Source of the DNA: Bacteriovoracia bacterium
GTDB taxonomy: Bacteria; Bdellovibrionota; UBA1018; JBFWNL01
Assembly: GCA_050251055.1 (NCBI GenBank)
Contig: JBFWNL010000001.1
Coordinates: 139,825-203,824, forward strand
Length of the DNA: 64,000 bases
Direction of reading: 5' to 3'
The position numbers and the translations under genes are program-made. The notes beneath the pieces were generated by a model, which did no database searches, was not told where the DNA came from, and saw nothing but the letters and a program-made list of their open reading frames with translations. Shown in pieces: positions 58,942-64,000 of this stretch. Position 1 is the stretch's first letter; each line of letters begins with the position of its first letter.

Positions 58942-59859
58942 ATGAGGAGCGTCGTCGCATTTCTCCCTCCACTGATCTGGGCATTTGTCATGGGGTGTGC
59001 TCAGGCACCGGTGCAATCGGATCTATCCCTGGACGGGGCCAGCTCTCATATCTCCCGCGATTACTTCGATGGGGTGGATGGTTGTTTCCTGCTCTATGAC
59101 CTGGCCGCCAACGAGTATATCAAAATCATCAACGAGCCCCAGTGCCGGAAACGGCAGACGGCTTGCTCGACCTTCAAGATTCCCCTGGCTGCCATGGCCT
59201 TCGATGCCAAGGTAATTGAAAGCGAGGACGCGGTTTTCAAATGGGACGGCAAGGATAAGGGGCTGCCTCACTGGAACAAGGACCAAACGGTTGCTAGCTG
59301 GATAGGAGATTCCGTCGTCTGGGTCTCCCAGGCCATCACGCCGAAGCTCGGCATGACCCGCATCAAGCAATATCTCAAGCAGTTTCGTTACGGGAACGAG
59401 GATTTTTCGGGGGGGCTGCAGTCGGCCTGGTTGACGCCAGCCCCGTTCATGAAGAAGCGCCCCGGGAACACGCTGAAGATTTCCGCCTTTGAGCAGGTCG
59501 AGTTCATGAAGAAGCTCTGGAGCGGGAAACTGGGAATATCGCCGCAGGCCACGGCGTGGACGAAGCAAGTCCTCTACGCTGGGATCTCGCCCTATGGGTC
59601 GGCCTTGAGCGGGAAGACGGGGTCGGGTTTTTTTGGCTCGGGGGATCGTAAGGCTCCCGCCGACGGTTCTCAGGACCTGCTGCGCATTGGCTGGTACGTC
59701 GCGCATGTGAACGTGCGCGCGGACCGCATCGGCAAGCCGCGGAACCTGATCGCGGTGGCGATGTTCGAAGATCGCGCGCCTTTGCCGGAGAAGAATTTCG
59801 GCGGCATCTACGCGCGTGAGATCTTGAAGAAAATTCTCGCGGACGAAGGATTTTGGTAG
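58942..59859 (+). CDS. Class D beta-lactamase-like protein, predicted lipoprotein
   Basis: STFK, SVV, YGN and KTG motifs; AFVMGC lipobox. Confidence 0.88.
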   Translation: MRSVVAFLPPLIWAFVMGCAQAPVQSDLSLDGASSHISRDYFDGVDGCFLLYDLAANEYIKIINEPQCRKRQTACSTFKIPLAAMAFDAKVIESEDAVFKWDGKDKGLPHWNKDQTVASWIGDSVVWVSQAITPKLGMTRIKQYLKQFRYGNEDFSGGLQSAWLTPAPFMKKRPGNTLKISAFEQVEFMKKLWSGKLGISPQATAWTKQVLYAGISPYGSALSGKTGSGFFGSGDRKAPADGSQDLLRIGWYVAHVNVRADRIGKPRNLIAVAMFEDRAPLPEKNFGGIYAREILKKILADEGFW

Positions 59860-59878
59860 GGCCGGACTAGGGGCTCGC

Positions 59879-60247
59879 CTAGTTGTCGAAGCTCTTGCGT
59901 GCGCGGTCGGAGTTCTCGAAAAACTCAAACGAGTTTTGTTCGTCGAAAGCCTTGATTAGGCGCTGGAACTCGCTTTTGACGTTGCAGTAGCGGGGACGAA
60001 TGCCGGTGGATTGGTCGGCGCGGTGGTTGATGTCCTTCAGGGTCTGAATGAAGGAATAGATGCCGCTGGAGCCCACGAAGTTCAGGTCGCTGAAGTCGAA
60101 GATGATTTTTTTAGGGATGGAGTCGGACTTGGTGCTGTCGACGAGTCTTTCCAAGTGGTCGCGAAGGGGAGCCTGCGCCTCGAAGTCAATCGTGCCTTGC
60201 ACTTCCACCACCACCGTGTCACCTGCTTTTTTCATCGTCGTCTTCAT
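59879..60247 (-). CDS. STAS domain protein / anti-sigma factor antagonist
   Basis: GGAGG RBS; IIFDFSDLNFVGSSGI motif. Confidence 0.9.
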   Translation of the reverse strand: MKTTMKKAGDTVVVEVQGTIDFEAQAPLRDHLERLVDSTKSDSIPKKIIFDFSDLNFVGSSGIYSFIQTLKDINHRADQSTGIRPRYCNVKSEFQRLIKAFDEQNSFEFFENSDRARKSFDN

Positions 60248-60350
60248 CGTATGTGCGCCTCCCGCTTTTCCATGATGGCGTAATCCCACCCGCTCTCCAA
60301 TCGGCATTATTTTCCTGGCCGGGTTCCTGGTCCCGGCATAGGATCGGGCC

Positions 60351-61268
60351 ATGCTCTCGGTCGTGGCCACCCCCATCGGAAACCTCGCGGATATAAGCCC
60401 GCGCGCGCTCGATACCTTGCGGCAGGCCGACGAGATCCTGTGTGAAGACACCCGTCGCACGCTTGCCCTGTTGAATCACTTCGGGATCAGTAAGCCCTTG
60501 CGGCGCCTGGACGAGCACGCCACGGAGGCCCAGTTGGCGAGCGCGGTTCGGGACCTTTCGACCGGCAAGAAGCTGGCGGTGGTGACCGACGCCGGTACCC
60601 CGGGTATCAGCGACCCGGCGGCTAAGCTCGTGGCTTTGGCGCACGAAAATGGCGTGCGGGTGACTCCGGTGCCGGGGCCTTCCGCCTTGACCGCGCTCGT
60701 GAGCGCGAGCGGATTGTCCGCGCCGGAGCTTCGCTTCCGCGGTTTCTTTCCTCGCGGTTCCGCGACCTCCAAGGGGGTCCAGGAAGAACTCGCCGAAGCC
60801 GGCCGGACGCATGCGGTGGTAGCCTGGTTTGAAAGCCCGCACCGCGTGCTCGAGGCGCTTCAGATTTTAGCGGAGAAGTTCCCGCGCGCGCGGGGGCTGG
60901 CAGCCAAAGAACTGACCAAGGTTTTTGAGCGCTTTTTCGTCGGCGAGCTGACGTCGGTGGCTAGCCTCGTGCAGCAGGAGATTGAGCGGGAGGGGGCAGT
61001 GGGAGAGTGGTGCATTGCGCTTGAAAATCAGCCTCCAGAGCGTGTTTCGACCGAAGCGTTTTCGTCCGATTGGAAGGCGATGGTCGACTACTGCCGTGAG
61101 CTGGGGGCGCCGGCCGCCGAAGTAGCCAAAAAAGCAGGACAAATTTTTGGCATCCCGCGCAGCGATGCGTACGCGTACGCGAGTGCCCAAAAGGGGAGTC
61201 AAAAAAGCTCGCAAAAAATAATGTCGAAATCGGAAAAAAAATCGAAAAAAACTTCCGGGGGGGCTTGA
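60351..61268 (+). CDS. rsmI: 16S rRNA (cytidine1402-2'-O)-methyltransferase
   Basis: VVATPIGNLADI, CEDTR, DAGTPGISDP, PGPSA and KELTK. Confidence 0.95.
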   Translation: MLSVVATPIGNLADISPRALDTLRQADEILCEDTRRTLALLNHFGISKPLRRLDEHATEAQLASAVRDLSTGKKLAVVTDAGTPGISDPAAKLVALAHENGVRVTPVPGPSALTALVSASGLSAPELRFRGFFPRGSATSKGVQEELAEAGRTHAVVAWFESPHRVLEALQILAEKFPRARGLAAKELTKVFERFFVGELTSVASLVQQEIEREGAVGEWCIALENQPPERVSTEAFSSDWKAMVDYCRELGAPAAEVAKKAGQIFGIPRSDAYAYASAQKGSQKSSQKIMSKSEKKSKKTSGGA

Positions 61269-61292
61269 CCCAAATCTAGTCTCCCTTAGACT
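61265..61292 (+). promoter_or_regulatory. Putative sigma70 promoter with upstream phased A-tracts
   Basis: TTGACC-N16-TAGACT preceded by A-runs at about 10-11 bp spacing (61189-61251). Confidence 0.55.
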
Positions 61293-61297
61293 GAAAG

Positions 61298-61407
61298 TGT
61301 GTGGTTGTGGTGAATCCATGGACGGATTCGTGGGAGAAGATTCCAAAACTCTCAAGACTAGGGCCTCAGTGAAGTTAGGATGACTTTTCACTGAGGCATT
61401 TTTTTTT
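61298..61407 (+). ncRNA. Candidate structured sRNA or attenuator leader
   Basis: Promoter upstream; GAATCC-ATGGAC-GGATTC hairpin; terminator hairpin with AGGAT loop and T9. Confidence 0.45.
61363..61407 (+). terminator. Intrinsic terminator
   Basis: GCCTCAGTGAA...TTCACTGAGGC stem followed by A and T9. Confidence 0.8.
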
Positions 61408-61450
61408 CTTGAGAGCGAGGTGGCCCAAGGAAGGGACCGGCAGTTGAGGC

Positions 61451-62779
61451 ATGAAGCCCCGCCAAAGAGCTAACCAGAGAGCTAAGAAGTTCTCCAATAA
61501 ATCCATTCGGAACACTTCGCTGGCCGAAGCGGCGCTGCCTATTTCCGCCGCCAATCAGCAAATTCAACAGATTCAAGGACTCCAGGACGAAATCGCCAGC
61601 GTGATCCGTCTCATGGAAGAGAAGGTCCGCCAGCTCGAGTGCCTGACTCAGTTTTCGTCGCTGCTGAACTCGACGCTCGATACTTCGGTGGTTCGGGAAA
61701 AGGCGCTCCAAGCCACCTGTCAGCTGCTCGAGTGTGAAACGGCGTCGCTCTTTCTCGTGGACGCCGCCGCCGGCGATCTTTACTTCGAAACGGCGCTTGG
61801 GGACACGGGCAAGGAACTGCAAAAGACGATTCGCCTACCGATCAATGACCGCTCGATCGCGGGTTTTGTGGCCATGAGCGCCGAATCCCTGCTTATCAAC
61901 GACGTCGAGCAGGATCCTCGTTACAATAAGAAAGCCACCTCCAAGACGGCCTTCCAAACGCGCAATATGGTTTGCGTTCCGCTCTTAGCCAAAGGCAAAA
62001 CGATCGGCGTCCTGCAGGCGATCAACAAACTTCCGCACGTGCCCCCACGCCCCTCCACCCACGCCTGGCCGGACTTCGGCGCCGAAGACCTGAAGCTTTT
62101 GCATACGCTCAGTCACCAGGTCGCCATCGCCGTCGAAAACGCCCAGCTCTATCGCCAGGTGAAAAAGAACTTCTACGACACGGTTGAAGCGCTTTCCGAG
62201 GCGATCGAGAAGAAGGATCGATACACGGGGGGCCATACCAAACGCGTGGTGCACTATTCGGTTTGCATCGCCAAGCACATCGGCATGAGCACCGACGAAA
62301 TGGACATACTGCGGCTGGGGGCGATCCTCCACGACGTGGGCAAGATCGGGATCGAGGACAAGATCCTCAAGAAGGCCGCTCCCCTCGATGAGTACGAATG
62401 GCCCGTGATGAAGACCCACCCGGAGCTGGGGTTTCAGATCATGAAGCGCCTAGAGAGCATGAAGGACGTGATCGGCGCCATGCGTTTCCATCATGAGCGC
62501 TGGGACGGAAAGGGCTACCCGCTGGGGCTGAAAGGGGACGAGATCCCATTGCACGCCCGGATCGTCGCCGTGGCCGATACATTCGATGCCATGGTGAGCA
62601 CGCGTCCGTACCGTAAGGGTCTGGACCCAAAGATTGCCTACGACGAGATCGTGAAGCATCGAGGCACCCAGTTTTGTCCTCGAGTGGTGGACGCCTTCGT
62701 AAAGGCCTTCCAGGTCGAAAAAATGGGCCGAGGCTCGGGAAACGGGGCCAAGCCTGAGCCGGAATCCGAGTCCGCCTAA
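61451..62779 (+). CDS. GAF plus HD-GYP domain phosphodiesterase
   Basis: GAF (IGVLQAINK, QVAIAVENA); KDRYTGGH, LHDVGK, HHERWDGKGYP and RPYR. Confidence 0.93.
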   Translation: MKPRQRANQRAKKFSNKSIRNTSLAEAALPISAANQQIQQIQGLQDEIASVIRLMEEKVRQLECLTQFSSLLNSTLDTSVVREKALQATCQLLECETASLFLVDAAAGDLYFETALGDTGKELQKTIRLPINDRSIAGFVAMSAESLLINDVEQDPRYNKKATSKTAFQTRNMVCVPLLAKGKTIGVLQAINKLPHVPPRPSTHAWPDFGAEDLKLLHTLSHQVAIAVENAQLYRQVKKNFYDTVEALSEAIEKKDRYTGGHTKRVVHYSVCIAKHIGMSTDEMDILRLGAILHDVGKIGIEDKILKKAAPLDEYEWPVMKTHPELGFQIMKRLESMKDVIGAMRFHHERWDGKGYPLGLKGDEIPLHARIVAVADTFDAMVSTRPYRKGLDPKIAYDEIVKHRGTQFCPRVVDAFVKAFQVEKMGRGSGNGAKPEPESESA

Positions 62780-62829
62780 CCTTCGGCTAATCCATTGCTA
62801 AATCCATTTCACGCTGTTAATTTCATGAC

Positions 62830-63702
62830 ATGTCGTGGTTTGACGATCTTAAGACGCCTCGCATCAAAACGCAGGTGGCGCAACGCACGTCCAAGGTGCC
62901 GGAAGGTCTTTGGACGAAGTGCACCAAGTGCGGAGAGATTCTCCAATCGAAAGTCTTGAAAGACAGCCTCCGGGTTTGTCCGGAGTGCTCCTTCCATTTT
63001 CGCATGACGGCGGCCGAGCGGATTGCCATGCTCTCGGAAAGCTTCGAAGAGTACGGCCATAACCTGGTTTCCACGGATCCCCTTGAATTTGACGACTCCA
63101 AGCCTTATCGGGAGCGCCTGCGCGCTTCGGCGGAGAAAACCTCGCTCGGTGACGCGTTTGTCGCGGGTAAGGCTACCTTAGGCGGTTTGCCCTACCACCT
63201 GGGAGTGTTTGAATTCAAGTTCATGGGCGGTAGCATGGGCGTGGTGGTGGGTGAGAAGGCCTGCCAGGTGTTTGAGCGCGCCATGACCGATCGGCTGCCC
63301 GCCGTGATCGTTTCCGCCTCCGGCGGTGCCCGTATGCAAGAGGGGATTCTATCGCTCATGCAGATGGCGAAGACGAGCGCGCTGATCCACCGCATGCGCG
63401 AGGAGGGGCTTCCCTATATTTCGATTCTCACCGATCCCACGACCGGTGGGGTGGCCGCGTCGTTTGCGACCTTGGGCGACGTGATTTTTGCCGAGCCCGA
63501 AGCCCTCATTGGCTTCGCCGGGCCGCGCGTGATCCAACAGACGATCCGCCAAAGCCTGCCCGAGGGCTTCCAGACGAGCGAGTTTCTCTTACAACATGGA
63601 TTTGTTGACCGCATTGTCTCAAGGAAGGACTTGGCCAAAGAACTTCGGGAATGGATGCTCCGTCTCGGACGCAACACCTGCCGCTTCTCGAAGGGAATCT
63701 GA
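62830..63702 (+). CDS. accD: Acetyl-CoA carboxylase carboxyltransferase beta subunit
   Basis: WTKCTKC/CPEC Zn finger, FMGGSMG, SGGARMQEG and IGFAGPRVI. Confidence 0.97.
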   Translation: MSWFDDLKTPRIKTQVAQRTSKVPEGLWTKCTKCGEILQSKVLKDSLRVCPECSFHFRMTAAERIAMLSESFEEYGHNLVSTDPLEFDDSKPYRERLRASAEKTSLGDAFVAGKATLGGLPYHLGVFEFKFMGGSMGVVVGEKACQVFERAMTDRLPAVIVSASGGARMQEGILSLMQMAKTSALIHRMREEGLPYISILTDPTTGGVAASFATLGDVIFAEPEALIGFAGPRVIQQTIRQSLPEGFQTSEFLLQHGFVDRIVSRKDLAKELREWMLRLGRNTCRFSKGI

Positions 63703-63742
63703 ACCCAGCTCCGCAAGATTTAGCCGAGGGTTTTTTCGGCCA

Positions 63743-64000
63743 GTGGCACGCGCCACCTGGGCGTGGTTTGTCTTTTTCGTGGGTTGCCTCACGTTAGGCG
63801 GGGCGTTTGCTAACGCGGTCGTTGATCGCGGGCCTTTGCATCTTTCCGGGGACAAAACGAAGTGGGACCGCAAACGCGACCGCTACGAGCTGTGGGGGTT
63901 CGCGACCGTCAATAAACCCGGAGAGAGCATTACCGCCGACTACGTGGTCGTTGATCTCACCAACCGGACGCTCAACGCCTACGGAAACTGTATTTACACG
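63743..64000 (+). CDS. Partial exported protein, LptD/OstA-like N-terminus (runs off window)
   Basis: GTG start, signal peptide, then LSGDK...ITADYVVVDLTNRTLNAYGN beta-jellyroll-like pattern. Confidence 0.65.
   Translation, partial: MARATWAWFVFFVGCLTLGGAFANAVVDRGPLHLSGDKTKWDRKRDRYELWGFATVNKPGESITADYVVVDLTNRTLNAYGNCIYT

Noticed and set aside
59023-59928. 301-aa minus-strand ORF
   Set aside because: Antisense shadow of the class D beta-lactamase gene
61297-61340. rnpB or MraZ boxes downstream of rsmI
   Set aside because: Too short and lacks RNase P RNA conserved motifs; GTGG repeats are irregularly spaced and mraZ does not follow

Overview
A gene-dense, roughly 60% GC chromosomal segment. 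Its gene content points to a Bdellovibrionota/Oligoflexia-like predatory bacterium (inference): three HD-GYP proteins, two PilZ proteins, a stand-alone MshEN domain, many secreted proteases and lineage-type hypothetical proteins. It holds about 69 CDSs and two tRNAs (Leu-TAA, Gly-GCC). Recognisable genes include metG, tyrS, metH, metF, pgsA, glpX, lnt, accD, rsmI, motAB, an exbBD-like pair and tatA. I found no mobile element, integrase, CRISPR array or rRNA. The main leads are: (1) an ApbE / FMN-binding protein / internal-Tat polyferredoxin / TatA electron-transfer operon with an odd ApbE topology, facing an FNR, MshEN and porin block; (2) an unannotated structured RNA with GGA-loop hairpins and a terminator, behind a curved sigma70-like promoter upstream of a GAF-HD-GYP gene; (3) three sigma54 promoters sharing a tandem 17-bp upstream motif; (4) back-to-back sigma28 promoters linking motAB to a globin that appears to lack the proximal His; (5) a MesB-like core methionine synthase inside a metH-tyrS-metF operon; (6) a divergent DUF1338 (HglS) and D-2-hydroxyglutarate dehydrogenase-like pair; (7) a MetRS whose HIGH motif reads HVGW; and (8) apparently widespread leaderless genes. 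All calls come from reading motifs by eye; no database searches were run.
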